From the NCBI GenBank assembly GCA_964016885.1, contig OZ024742.1, forward strand, positions 232,934,001 to 232,998,000: a stretch of 64,000 nt of DNA, given 5' to 3'. This DNA is from Eledone cirrhosa (taxonomy: Eukaryota). Of this stretch, positions 1 through 12,513 are shown piece after piece. Made by a program: the position numbers and the translations under genes. Under the pieces are notes generated by a model, which did not search any database, was not told the origin of the DNA, and saw only the letters and a list, made by a program, of their open reading frames with translations. Numbering within the stretch: the first letter of the stretch is position 1; every line of letters starts with the position of its first letter.

Positions 1-2090
1 CATCCTCCATCCCCACAAGCCGACACCTGCAGCACTTGCAGCACCACGAACAGAGGAAGAGGGGCCGGAACAGTTCGGGGTGCGGCTGCTTCCACCACCA
101 CACCTGCGTTGGCTTGACGCGTCGAGCTTCCAGTGCGCTCGCAGCGTGGAGATGCAGAAACTATCGCTTCCTCTTGTCTGTCCAGCCACGGCCGTCTGGC
201 ACACCACCAGATGAGACAGCGAGCTTGCCTGACGCCCAAGCCTCGCTGGTCAACATCGCTCGGCTCAGGCGGCTCCGGAAATCCCACTCAGGATCCCGAG
301 AGCGGCCCGGGTGCCGGTAGCCGATTACCTCGCTTCCTCGATTGAGAGCGCTCTGGACTCCAATCGTGCCAGCGACTGGGAGTGACTCTTTTATTTCGCC
401 CCACTGGCCCTCGGCCTCTCCAGCTCTGGCGCTGACCGAGGCGGTCGGTCGACAGCAGCCTCCGTCAAGGCCAATGTTTCGTCCTTTGGGCAGGCGCCCA
501 TTCCAAGCGTACCTAGGGACGCCACACGCCCCACCCTCGGGTACTCCCACTCCTTCACCCCTGAGGCCAGCGCCAAGCGTTTGCGTGACCGCGTAAATGC
601 CAAATTAATCATGGGTGATGTCTCGGCCGTAGTCAGAGTGGTTGCCTCAGAGGACACTGTCCTCCAACCCACCGAGGAGGTCCTGGCTGCCCTACGACTC
701 AAGCATCCTGAGCCACCCGCTGATCTCAGACCCATACGCCCACCCGACCCCAACTTGCTCCTTGTGGCTTCCGACGCAGACATCATGTCCGCCATCAAGT
801 CCTTCCCAGCCAGCAGCAGCGGAGGTGCTGATGGTCTCCAACCTGGCCACCTGAAGGAGTTGCTATCCCCACTCTCCGCTGAGACCGGGCGCCGCCTTCT
901 GAGTGCAATTGTGGCACTCACCAATAGGCTTATCCATGGCGCCCTGGACCCTCACGCCCGTAGCCTCTTTTTTGCGGCTAGCCTCACCGTTCTCAGGAAG
1001 AAAGAGGATTGCATACGCTCCATCGCTGTGGGCAATGTCTTCCGGAGGCTGGCTGCCAAGGTGGTCTGCAGGTCCATAACACCCAAACTGGGTGAGGAGT
1101 TCAGTCCGGTGCAACTGGTGTGGGCGTGTCCGGTGGGTGTGAGGGGGCCGCACATGCAACCAGGCAGTTCTTCAACAGCTGCCCACCGGAATCGGCATCC
1201 AGAGACTCCAGGCACCTCATTGTCAAGGAATGCTTTTACCTGCTTACACCGGGACCATCTGCTCGATGCCTTCCTCAGCCGAGCCCCCTCTGCCTACCCG
1301 CTGGCCTACCTGTCGTATGGAGCCCCGAGCATGCTCCTTGCTGCTGATACGGTCATTTCTTTGGCCACTGGGGTCCAACAGGGCGACCCTTTGGGCCCCC
1401 TCCTGTTTGCCCTTGGTATAGACCACATCGCCCGGAGTATCACGGCTCCTCTCAACGTTTGGTATCTGGATGATGCCACGTTGGGCGGGTCCGTACAGAC
1501 TGTCTGCCATGACCTACAATCGGTGGTTCCTGCCCTGGCGGGAATCGGCCTCCAGGTCAACTCGGCCTAGTCGGAGGTGGTGAATGTTAGCCACGATGCT
1601 GAGAGCTTTGCAGCCTCCGTCTCGGACGTGCGGTCCATTCTTCACCAGGTACAGGTGACCCCCAAAGAGGATGTCCTCATCCTCGGGTCACCGATCCACC
1701 CGTCGGTCATCCGCTCCACCATCAACTCCAAGCTTCAACAACTCCAGACCCTCACGAGCCGACTGGGCTTGATCGACGGCCACCCAGCTCTCTTTCTGCT
1801 GAGGAACTGCTTCGCCATGCCGAAGCTCCTCTATACCCTTCGCAGTGCTCCGTGTTACACCCACGCATCTCTCCTCACTGACCTCGATACGTGTATCTGA
1901 GCAGCAGCCGAGGAATATGCAACGTAAGGTTTGACGACATTGGATGGCAACAGGCCACTTTACCGGTCAGGTATGGCGGCCTTGGCCTCCGGTCCCCGAT
2001 CTCACTGGCTTTGCCGGCGTTTCTTTCGTCGGTAACCTCATGCCGCGTCCTCGTCAGCAGGGTTCTCCAAAACACAATAGAACCCTCTGT
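1..2090 (+). mobile_element. CRE-clade non-LTR retrotransposon fragment (RT), disrupted
   Basis: GC-rich island. Motifs SGGADGLQP, IRSIAVGNVFRRLAAK, LGVGVSGGCEGAAHA (frameshift near 1120), GVQQGDPLGPLLF, WYLDD, QATLPVRYGGLG. Stop at 1568; 3' truncated. Confidence 0.85.
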
Positions 2091-2500
2091 GTTCAGAGAA
2101 CGACAATTCTCTGACATAATTGACAGTCATGTAGGTTTACTTATCACGTGGGTATATGGTTAGCACATGACTCATATGATTTAAAAATAAAACATATACA
2201 CGTGTAGATTTCACAGTTGTTAATGAAATTAAATGAAATGTTATACATCGTATTTACTAAACAGTTCAAGATCGGAAAGTATATTTAATGTTTATAATAT
2301 ATTAATATGTATAAACAATATTAATGAATAATAGTGAAACAAGACCAGATTGACTCTTAAGCCTGACACATTACCAATTAAAAGAATTTCCTATCAATTG
2401 AGTCAATGTGATGTTTCGGTATGCAAGAAATAACAACCAAATCTCTTTCAAACCACGTTCTAGCATTATAAAAACGAATACATTCGCTAATGTGATTTTA

Positions 2501-2698
2501 CGAGAGTGGGCTGAAAAGTTCATAGGCTGTCTATGAAGGAGAGATGCTTGAGCTGGGAAATCTTGCATGCATTAATTGCAACTCTTCTTATCAATAACTG
2601 CATTCTTTCTTTTCAGGGACTATGTTGAAAAAGAAATCTCATTTGGTCATTCCATGAGAGTATCTTGGACAGACTATGAACTTTTCAGCCAACTCTCG
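2501..2698. mobile_element. Tc1/mariner-type MITE
   Basis: About 30 bp TIRs CGAGAGTGGGCTGAAAAGTTCATAG / CTATGAACTTTTCAGCCAACTCTCG, flanked by TA on both sides. Confidence 0.85.
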
Positions 2699-2899
2699 TA
2701 GATTCACCTTTTAATCCTTAATCCTCTGCATCCAGTATCATCCACATACAAGTGACATATACCAGACACACTGCATCTGTGAACAACAATCTTTTTAGAC
2801 ACGACAAAGAAACATACTCATGCATCGCTCTAACTAGTTATAAACATCACAAAACTAAAACCTTCAAAGTATCATCCAAAAGAATGTCCTTTGGCTGAT

Positions 2900-3200
2900 T
2901 TTGATTGCCAAATGATCACTTACTATCATGCTGTAATTTCTAGCTAAAAGACGTACTTCTTTTGCTTTTCCTAATCTGACTACACCAATCTTCACTCTTC
3001 TGAATTAACTCGCTGCTTACCTTCTCTAACTAGGTCCACTCATCACCCCTACTGTGTTTCATTTCTTAGACTTCCCACGTCAAACACTACACTCACCCTT
3101 ACAGTCCAAAGACTAGAAGCTTCTGGAAGTGACCCTTCCCACTTCGCTAATGCAAACATTGACCTAAAAATATTCAATCAAAATATTAACAACAACAATT
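2900..3200 (+). mobile_element. Degenerate CR1/Jockey-like LINE 3' remnant
   Basis: Broken translation resembling HPYCV...PKTRSFWK.LP at the end of ORF2. Confidence 0.35.
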
Positions 3201-3699
3201 TCACCAGTCATAGATGTGAACCTACACAGGACATAAGCACTGTTGCTTTTCCTTTTCTGATTTTGTCCCAGCATTTATTCTGCGTTCACGCAGAGTTCGC
3301 ATTCATACATATTGATATAACTGAGATGTTGTTACGTCAGACAGCAGAAGTCTATCAGAAGTCTATCACCATTAGTTGGGTTCTAAAAGTCTTATTTTAA
3401 GGGCCACGAGGAGAGCAGTGATAAAAGGAATTTACCTTCTTCTAATTAACTTATTTGAAACAGATTTGGTAGCTATTTCTAGCAGATCAATTATCCATGT
3501 AGCATCTTTCTTGTCTCTTTCTGGTGTGTAGTGAATGTAAGCACACATACATCACAAAGCTAATTCGATAAAATATAAATGATTTGAAATAAAAATTATT
3601 TATTTTAAGAGATCTATAAAATGTGTGTAGCACATTCGAAAAAGAATGCGATGTTTGACTAGAAGAAAAATTACGTACTTGGTAATGTTTAGTTGCTGG

Positions 3700-4250
3700 T
3701 GGGGTTCAATTGCGAATCGCCTTCCAATCAGACCCTTTGTGCATCCACGCAGTCCAATGATCCGTCCACTGTTTGAAGCGTATCTGGAATGCCTCTTTCG
3801 GAATGACTCACAGCTCTGACATCGTAGTTCGCATGATGTCCCCTCGGCTTCTAAAGGAGAAGCCTTCCAATGGATTCTTCATTTTTGGGAACAACCGCAA
3901 GTCAGAAGGAGCTATGTCTGGAGAGTAGGAAACTTGGCGAACGAGTGAAATGCCTTTATTTGCCAAGAAATGTTGATATCAGTAGCAATGAATGCTTTGC
4001 GAGGCTCACAGACCCGGCATCTTGCAGCGAACGGAATCAAGAACTTCCCGATTGTATTATTTTGAACTGTCTCTCTGGTGCCTTTTCGTAATACACAACG
4101 CCTTGCTAGTCGAAGAAAACAGTCAGCACCACCTTGATATTGCTCCGTACCTTACATGCTTTATGGGCCTTGAAGTCGACAGTGATGACTAAACTTTGCT
4201 TTCTGGGTCATACTTACACGCTCATGTTTCATCACCAGTTATCACGCTGT
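3700..4250 (-). mobile_element. Degenerate mariner transposase, 3' part
   Basis: Minus-strand SYSPDIAPSDLRLFP (YSPDLAP motif) near 3890-3930. Confidence 0.75.
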
Positions 4251-4769
4251 TCAAGAATTCAAGATATTTGTTGGCAACAATGCTGTCGAAGTTGGTGGAT
4301 TCGAACAAATTTGGAATTATTATCCTTCGTTTGACTTTTGTCTACGTTTGGTACCAGGTCCGGATTTTTTTGTACGTTTTAGAGATTGTACTTTCTTTGC
4401 GAATTTGGCTTCATTGATATTGTAAAATCACCATTTAATGATTTACTCTTCATCAGTTATAACGGTTTTTACGTCGAGAAGCTATAAATTAAATATATTT
4501 GTTCGTCAGATCTTACTTGACATCAATAATTCTAAACGACTACTTTACAGTGTGGACTGGGGGTTGGGGTGGGGGTGGGGATTGAAGAGGTAGCTCTAGG
4601 TTAGGGCGTGAGTAAAGGGTGGAGTGTTATGATGTGAGAGGTATATGGAAGGGGGTAATGAATTTTGGTACATTTAAAATAAAGTCTTGGTACTATTGAG
4701 AACAAGTTACGGCAGCCCTCGTTGTCAATATCTAGCAGGTCCTGCACAACATGTAGACGAATTTGTTGT

Positions 4770-5338
4770 TCCCAAGAAAGCAACATAGGATCAAATTTCC
4801 TGCCACTCTGCGCATACCTAAACCCCCTTTAAAATTACATGTGCAGAATCTTTACTGATTCCAGCCTCGTCCGCAATTTCTCGACAACTACATTGCAGTT
4901 TGTTGACGGCTTCTCAGAACTCTAGTCACTCACCACAGATGTGCGTCCATCTTTGAACCTGTTCTACCATTCTTTTAATTGGGTAACACCCATTGCATTT
5001 TCACCAAGTTTCTATTGAATTTTATGAATTCTTTTCGCTTTTATATTTCCAAACCTCTGGTAAAACTTGATGCATGATCATTTCCCCCAACACATTCCGT
5101 CATCACAAGCAAAATAAAATTGCAATGAACAAGGAGTATGTCACGCCGGCTGCCTGACAGTAAAAAATGTATCATACGAGCTCGCTAAAGCCACGCATAC
5201 GCATGAATGTATGCAGCTCCAATCTGTACATGTTTGTCTCTCTAAGGACATTACTTCCTACATAAAAAAAACAACAAAACAAATAAACAAAATAAATAAA
5301 AACAACTAAAGTCGGGTAATTATTCAACAGAACTCGTA
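4770..5338 (-). mobile_element. Degenerate mariner 5' part with TIR
   Basis: Minus strand CIKF...GENAMGVTQLKEW.NRFKDGRTSV; TACGAG..CTG..GAA terminus at 5338. Confidence 0.65.
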
Positions 5339-5546
5339 TAATATGTTACTGGTTTTTTAATGATAATTCAATGTAACAAAGGAAAAAGGATGGTTATAGG
5401 AATAAGGTTTGTTTCATAATTGTGTTGTTTCAGTTTTAATTTCACTACTTCACACATAGGCAAATGTTTTTTTTTTACTATAGGGTCAGAGTGGAATGTG
5501 GTATTATGGAAACTGTACGGAAGCACCTCTTATGTCTCTCTCTCTC

Positions 5547-5626
<80 letters not shown>

Positions 5627-5630
<4 letters not shown>

Positions 5631-6192
5631 GAATGAAACGAAATTTCATTTCTCACTCTTAGTACGGCTGTTACTTAAATATAAGTATGTATACGTACAT
5701 ACATATATGTATACAGACGTACAGTAGTATGTATATATATACATACATGCACACATATATATATGCACGTATCGGTTTACCGAACACTTATGATAATGCT
5801 CGGTTTGCTTGTTTGTAAACAAACAAACAGCTCGAATTACGCCGTACAGTGTTTAGGCAACCACGTCACCTTTTTGTTCAAAACTGACACAGGAACGATG
5901 TACTAGTTTCAAGCTTATTAGCTATCGTCAGCATCGTATACCTTCCTACCAGATGGTTGAACGTCTGAAAGTATATACTTTCCTTATGCATATTAACGGC
6001 TGAGCAGCCTAATTTGCATATCGAGTGAGTTCAGTTGGCCGGGCACACCGAAAACGATAAATGGAATAGAATGAAACGAAATTTTATTTCTCACTCTTAG
6101 TACGGTACTTACTTAAATGTAAGTATGTATGTATGTATACGTACATACATATATGTATACAGACGTACAGTAGTATGTATATATATACATAC
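5627..6192 (-). mobile_element. Non-coding hammerhead-bearing module with 438 bp period (retrozyme/pLTR-like)
   Basis: About 120 bp direct repeat at 5627 and 6065 flanking a unique core that contains a hammerhead; abuts (TA)n. Confidence 0.7.
5896..5936 (-). ncRNA. Minimal type I hammerhead ribozyme
   Basis: cgaug CUGACGA uagcuaauaagcuu GAAAC UA GUA caucg; 5 bp stem I, palindromic stem III. Confidence 0.8.
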
Positions 6193-6212
6193 AAAAATAT
6201 TTAAAGAATATT

Positions 6213-6378
6213 AGTCCAGCCCCCTTTTTTGGAACACTTCAAAAGGCATGCTTGTTGGGAACAGCAAGAACCCTCCGATACGTCCTGAATATCTGAGGCT
6301 GCAGGTAGTGGCTTGATGTTCATTTGAACAAACTTTCCAGTTAAATAACATCGATGACTGAGACTCCAAGAATAATGT
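6213..6378 (+). mobile_element. R4/Dong-like LINE 3' end
   Basis: TLQKACLLGTARTLRYVLNI* then 3' UTR; related sequence at 33650-33735. Confidence 0.65.
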
Positions 6379-6825
6379 TTTCTTTATTAACCACAAAGGT
6401 TGACACAAAGTTTAACATTAAGGACAGCACAGGGTGGTACAAATTGGCGTTTCTGTGTGTAATATCAAATATATAAAACAAAAACAAAGGATGTAACAAA
6501 AAAAAAATGAAACAAAGGAAAATTCCCCAATAAGGGGACACACACACACCACCAGGGGTTACTCGTGGAGAAAGCCCATTAATACTAATAATAATAGGTT
6601 TAAATCGAAGTTGTACCGCAGTATAGCAGATACCAATCGAATTGTTTGAGGCAGTCACAAAGCACTCAATGGAGTGAAAAGTTAATAGATAAAAATGTAT
6701 TAACAAAAGTTCAGAGTAGACACAAAGTTAAGAAAGTGTGAGACCAAGAAAAGCGATGAAATGCATGTGGCCATAGTTATACCACAACAACGATAAATAG
6801 AAACACGTCGAAAACACATACACAC

Positions 6826-6937
<112 letters not shown>

Positions 6938-7084
6938 ATTAGAATACTGGAGCGTGTTGGAGTCAAACACCCTCTTCGTATTATAGAAATGACTGTAAAA
7001 GGTATAGCTCAATGCAGTTAAACAGAGCCAAAAAATTAAGAGAGTAAAACAAAGAATCCTTTAATACATCAAAAGTTTTTATTA

Positions 7085-7122
7085 GCCGACAATGTTTCGT
7101 CCTATTAAGGACTCATCAGAGC
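7085..7122 (-). ncRNA. Minimal type I hammerhead ribozyme
   Basis: gcu CUGAUGA GUCC uuaaua GGAC GAAAC auu GUC ggc. Confidence 0.88.
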
Positions 7123-7465
7123 AATCAAAACAACAAGAGGTAATATCGGCAGATACAAGCCAGAAACTCTGAAGAATATGGAGTGTACATACACTAATGT
7201 CTTACAAAAATATATGATAATAAAAATGAAAATAAAAATAAAAATAATAAAAATATATAATAAGAATAACTAAGGATGTAGATAACATTAAGAACCATAT
7301 TACAAATATAGTCCAAAGCAACTAACCTAAATCTAAACACATTTGGTTATATAGAGCAGGAATTATATATAACACAATATAATACATTATAATAATAATA
7401 TACTTTTACCAACATTAAAATTACAAATTAAAAATCAAAAGGTACAATATATACATGTATATATG

Positions 7466-7549
<84 letters not shown>

Positions 7550-9143
7550 ACAACACACACATCTATGTTCCACTACACAAAATTAAGCCCTATTAGAAGT
7601 TTGAATATTAAAAATAAGCATGATAAGAGTGAAAATAATACTAATACATCTACCCAATATACATGAGGCAATAATATGATATAATTACAAGAAACACATA
7701 TAACAAATAATAAACAACAAAATTATATAATTCAATATAATATAATAAAATAGATAATCCCCGGTTAATTTACAGAAACAATATAGATGTCACAATAAAA
7801 TACAATGATAATACGTTAACAATGTACTAACATTTACCATAAACAATATATACAAATCGATTCATACTGGGTTACAGAATAAATGAGGAAAAATAAATTA
7901 TATAATATATAATACTCAAAAAAACACTATAATGGTACAGGGAAAAATTATGATGTTACAGAAAAAATATACAGACATCTAACATGATATGTAAAGTCTA
8001 AATATCATAATGTTACATATAATGAACAGTAAGTAATAAGGATCAATATTACAATATTACAAAAATCCAGACATCTTACAGGATATATAAAGTTTAAATA
8101 TCATAATGTTACATATAATGAACAGTAAGTAATAAGGATCAATATTACAATACAATATAATATAATATATTATAAATTGGCATAAAATATATAAATACTT
8201 ATAATTACAAGGTTAGTAGACAGACATATGTGGATGAGTGAGCGAAACCAGACAGTGAATAGTAAATAGAATATAGAATAAAATAAATAAATACAATCAA
8301 CCGGAAATTACAAAACAAAAGCAAATATATACACACTTAGGCCTCGCGTGCATTTAAGAAATTAGGTAAACACTAAGGAAAACAATCTTTTTAATTGACT
8401 CCAAACCCTATTTGATAAATTAATATTAAAAATATCGAACCCGTCCAATAAGGTAGTATAATATTAGCTGTAGTTTAAGTCATTAAAGTATATAAACTTT
8501 AATGTATCGTTACAAATGTTTACAAAAAGGAATGAAAATTTTATACTATCATATACGCAACGATATCTAAAAAACTGACTTAAGTAGAATTAAGGTAGGC
8601 TAATGGGGACAGAATTGACGAAATATATGGAGGGTGCGATAATGGCTATATCCGACTTAGAAGGACAGATAAGTCTAACTGAGGGGTTACTAATAAAATC
8701 AACCTTATGGTCCTTAAGTGTGAATCTCGGTTCTCGAGGGTAATATGGCTGGGTATACTTATCGAGTCCGAGGTCAGAGACTATTCTAAGGCCCTCACTG
8801 TTGATGTGGTTCAAATTCTCAAGCGTAGTTTTTTTATAGTTTCTATATAACTCTTTATTATAACGTATTTATTATAACGTATTATCATTGTATTTTATTG
8901 TGACATCTATATTGTTTCTGTAAATTAACCGGGGATTATCTATTTTATTATATTATATTGAATTATATAATTTTGTTGTTTATTATTTGTTATATGTGTT
9001 TCTTGTAATTATATCATATTATTGCCTCATGTATATTGGGTAGATGTATTAGTATTATTTTCACTCTTATCATGCTTATTTTTAATATTCAAACTTCTAA
9101 TAGGGCTTAATTTTGTGTAGTGGAACATAGATGTGTGTGTTGT

Positions 9144-9184
<41 letters not shown>

Positions 9185-9528
9185 ACATATATACATGTAT
9201 ATATTGTACCTTTTGATTTTTAATTTGTAATTTTAATGTTGGTAAAAGTATATTATTATTATAATGTATTATATTGTGTTATATATAATTCCTGCTCTAT
9301 ATAACCAAATTTGTTTAGATTTAGGTTAGTTGCTTTGGACTATATTTGTAATATGGTTCTTAATGTTATCTACATCCTTAGTTATTCTTATTATATATTT
9401 TTATTATTTTTATTTTTATTTTCATTTTTATTATTATATATTTTTGTAAGACATTAGTGTATGTACACTCCATATTCTTCAGAGTTTCTGGCTTGTATCT
9501 GCCGATATTACCTCTTGTTGTTTTGATT

Positions 9529-9566
9529 GCCCTGATGAGTCCTTAATAGGACGAAACATTGTCGGC
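9529..9566 (+). ncRNA. Minimal type I hammerhead ribozyme
   Basis: gcc CUGAUGA GUCC uuaaua GGAC GAAAC auu GUC ggc; fully canonical core. Confidence 0.92.
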
Positions 9567-9635
9567 TAATAAAAACTTTTGATGTATTAAAGGATTTTTT
9601 GTTTTACTCTCTTAATATATATATATATATATTTA

Positions 9636-10440
9636 TCATCATCATCATCATCATCGTTTAACGTCTATCTTCCATGCTAACATGGGTCTGGACGGGAATT
9701 GTCCCACTTGAGGCAAGATTGGTTGTCTTGCTCAGGACTGTCTGGCGGGTTTTCTACGGCTGGATGCCCTTCCTAACACCAACCACGTTTACAGTGTGGA
9801 CTGGGAGGTTTTTACCGTGTTACCTACACGGCCACATTACAGCGTGGACTGTGTTTTTTTTTGTCGTGACAACTACACGACCTCATTTATTTAGGACTGG
9901 ATGTTGTGGTACCAACATAGCTTTACATCGAAAGGGGTGGTGTAGATGGCGGTGGGGGTAGAGGTAGTGGGACGGGTGTGTATTTTGGTTAAGAGGTGCC
10001 TACTGACTGTAAGTTTCGCTTTGTACTTAGCCAAGGCGGGTCTTCTGTATTACTACGTAGCGCCAAAGATCTCGGTCCAGTGACATTGTCTTGGAGAGGT
10101 GTAAGTGTGTGAGGTCGTATTTTATCAAGTCGTCCCAGGTTTTTCTGGGTCTGCCTACTCCGTAGCTACCGTCTATTTTGATCGCCCTGCACTTTTTTTT
10201 ATACAGCTGTCATCTTTCATGCGCATCACGTGACCATACCAACGTAGTTTTCTCTCGAGTAAACAACATCGGATCCCTCTTATTCCTAATTTCTCACCTA
10301 GTTCATTTATGCTTTGCCGTTCACGTATATTACTATTACAGATCCAACGAAGCATGCAAGCTTCGTTCCTTTTCAGTCTGCGTAGATCCTCTGCACACAA
10401 GGCCCATATCTCACTTCCATGTAAAATCGCTGTCAGAGTT
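9636..10440 (-). mobile_element. 5'-truncated RTE LINE (ORF end, 3' UTR, (GAT)n tail)
   Basis: LHGSEIWAL...[12 protein letters not shown]; near-identical to 46410-47200. Confidence 0.9.
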
Positions 10441-10567
10441 TTGTAACTTGCTTTTGAAGCATTGTTGAATAGGAACCACAAATTTAAATTTTGAAAACCG
10501 AACAATGTGTTAGAATGAACGTTAAATCGCCAAGATAATAAAAGAATCTTACCTTAGCAAATTTAAT

Positions 10568-10751
10568 TGTTTCTACTTTTGGCACAAGGCCAGTGCATTA
10601 CTGGTACTTTATTTTATCGACCCCGTAAGGATGAAAGGCAAAGTTAACCTCGGCGGAATGGCAAGGGCCGTAACTCTATGCGTCAAAGCATATAGTTACG
10701 GCCCTTGCCATTCTGAGTTCAAATCCCGCCGAGGTTAACTTTGCCTTTCAT
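10568..10751. mobile_element. Rearranged (foldback) SINE insertion with 16 bp TSD
   Basis: CCTTAGCAAATTTAAT at 10552 and 10752; internal SINE segment present in both orientations. Confidence 0.8.
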
Positions 10752-10769
10752 CCTTAGCAAATTTAATGG

Positions 10770-10809
10770 TCCCAAATGTTTTCGGGTTTAAAAACCCATT
10801 ATCAAGGGA
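10770..10809 (-). ncRNA. Hammerhead ribozyme, U3-A8 core variant
   Basis: uccc UUGAUAA u GGGUUU uu AAACCC GAAAA ca UUU ggga; lies 3' of the GIY-YIG ORF, where PLE hammerheads are expected. Confidence 0.65.
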
Positions 10810-11560
10810 GTAATCCTATGAGAGACTTAAACCCCAATGGAATGACTTGCATGTTTGGAGAGCAGATTTAAGTTAAATGAAAGGAAAGACGTTAACATTG
10901 CGAACGTGTGTGTTGTGAAATGTATGATATATGCATGTGTGCGTGAATGTAAGTGTGCTTAGTGGGATGTTTGTATGTGTGTGCATGAATGTAAGTTTAT
11001 GTAGTGAAAGGTGTGTGCGAATATTTATATAATAAAATGGGGAAAATATGTGTGCGATATATGTATGTATGTATGTGAGTCTATGTGTGTTTGCCTAGTG
11101 AGGACATAGATTTAATTTGAAAGAAAGAATGAAAATGGCCGCTGGGATGTTGGAATACAGGCTTTAAATTAGCCATTCTAGTGCACTTCTTTCCATTCGA
11201 TTATTGATCCTCGGTTTTAAATGCTTGATTAAGTGGGCTTCCTTAATTCTCAGCGTACGTATACTGCGTTCTGTAGCTAAGATTGGGGGGGGGGGGGTAA
11301 TGTTGTCCCGGTTTCCACATTTGATGATGTGTTTGCACAAGGAAGAGGAGTTGGTGTTAACATGCTCTTTAATACGGAGATGTAACGGTCGAATAGTGCT
11401 GCCTATGTATAATAGATTGCATTTGTGACATTCTGGCCTGTATACTACGTAGGTATGTAGGCCACAATGAGTGTTGCAGATAGGGCAATTGGCTAGGGTG
11501 CATCCGTTATCCTCGTTGGGAGGGGGGGGGGGCTTGTTGAGAGGCATCTTCGCAGAGAAG
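10770..11560 (-). mobile_element. Penelope-like element 3' end: Cys linker, GIY-YIG endonuclease, 3' UTR with hammerhead
   Basis: ORF 11164-11631: CTLANCPIC...VVYRPECHKCNLLYIGSTIRPLHLRIKEH...KEAHLIKHLKPRIN. Confidence 0.9.
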
Positions 11561-11884
11561 GTCAAGCAATTATAATTTATATAAATATAATAATTTTTTT
11601 CAATTTGCAGGGAAATTCGTATCTCTGGCATGTTTACATATTCATATTCTATAAATGCGTATATTTATATTCACATTGGCGAAGTTTCAGTTACCCATTC
11701 TGTGTATATATATATATATATATATAATTGTTTCTACTTTAGGCACAAGGCCAGCAATTATCCAGTGCATTACTGGTACTTTATTATAATAGTAGAACAC
11801 TGGTGGGTTATATCTGTAGTAGTAGAGCACTCAGTCCATGGGACGAGTTTGGTAGAAGTAGTTCCATAACAGTTAGTTCACCAT

Positions 11885-11927
11885 ACTGAGAACAAATGTT
11901 TCACCTTATTCGGATCCTCAGCTCAGT
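11885..11927 (-). ncRNA. Minimal type I hammerhead ribozyme
   Basis: acugag CUGAGGA uccgaauaaggu GAAAC auuu GUU cucagu; 6 bp stem I. Confidence 0.8.
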
Positions 11928-12204
11928 CTAAAATTAGACTACTTCTATTATATATATATATATATAGAGAGAGAAACACACAGATACATGCGGACACATA
12001 CATATACATGAATATATCCACATCCATCCTTGAGTTAATGGTGCCTCGATATAAATACCCCTCCGCCTCCGTGGTATTTTTTTCAGGGTTATAAGAGGGT
12101 TAGCTCTGTTTCTTGACCGCTGTATCACGTGATTGACTCCCCCTCCGCCTTTCGGGATTTTATCTCGCATCTTACAGGCGTGTTTTGAAACCCTTAATGA
12201 GGTA

Positions 12205-12294
12205 TCCTCTTGATAAGTCGGCAGACCTCACAAAAATTCTATATCTCTGTGATGTAGTGTTTTTGCATATGCCACGAAACTACGTAGTCGAGGA
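12205..12294 (+). ncRNA. Hammerhead ribozyme, U3-A8 variant with extended stem II
   Basis: uccuc UUGAUAA gucggca...ugccac GAAAC uacgua GUC gagga. Confidence 0.8.
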
Positions 12295-12364
12295 ATCTAG
12301 AAGCAGTTTAGGTATGATATATCTTATTACTAATTATATCTAATGTTTCTTCTCTCTTCATAAT

Positions 12365-12416
<52 letters not shown>

Positions 12417-12457
12417 CGAACCATAAGTCAATTGCATGAACTCATATTCCTTTATTT

Positions 12458-12513
12458 ACTGCTATATATATTTCGATGATAGCCATTGAATGGCTATGAC
12501 CTCATCAGGCAGT
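12458..12513 (-). ncRNA. Type I hammerhead ribozyme (AUA site)
   Basis: acugc CUGAUGA ggucauagccauucaauggcuaucauc GAAAU auau AUA gcagu. Confidence 0.82.

Larger units (their letters stand above)
7032..9616. mobile_element. Penelope-like element remnant with long inverted pLTR-type repeats and RT fragment
   Basis: 7032-7820 is inverted at about 8875-9616; each arm has a hammerhead; minus-strand 8630-8830 encodes FTLKDHKVDFISNPSVRLICPSKSDI, typical of PLE RT N-termini. Confidence 0.85.
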
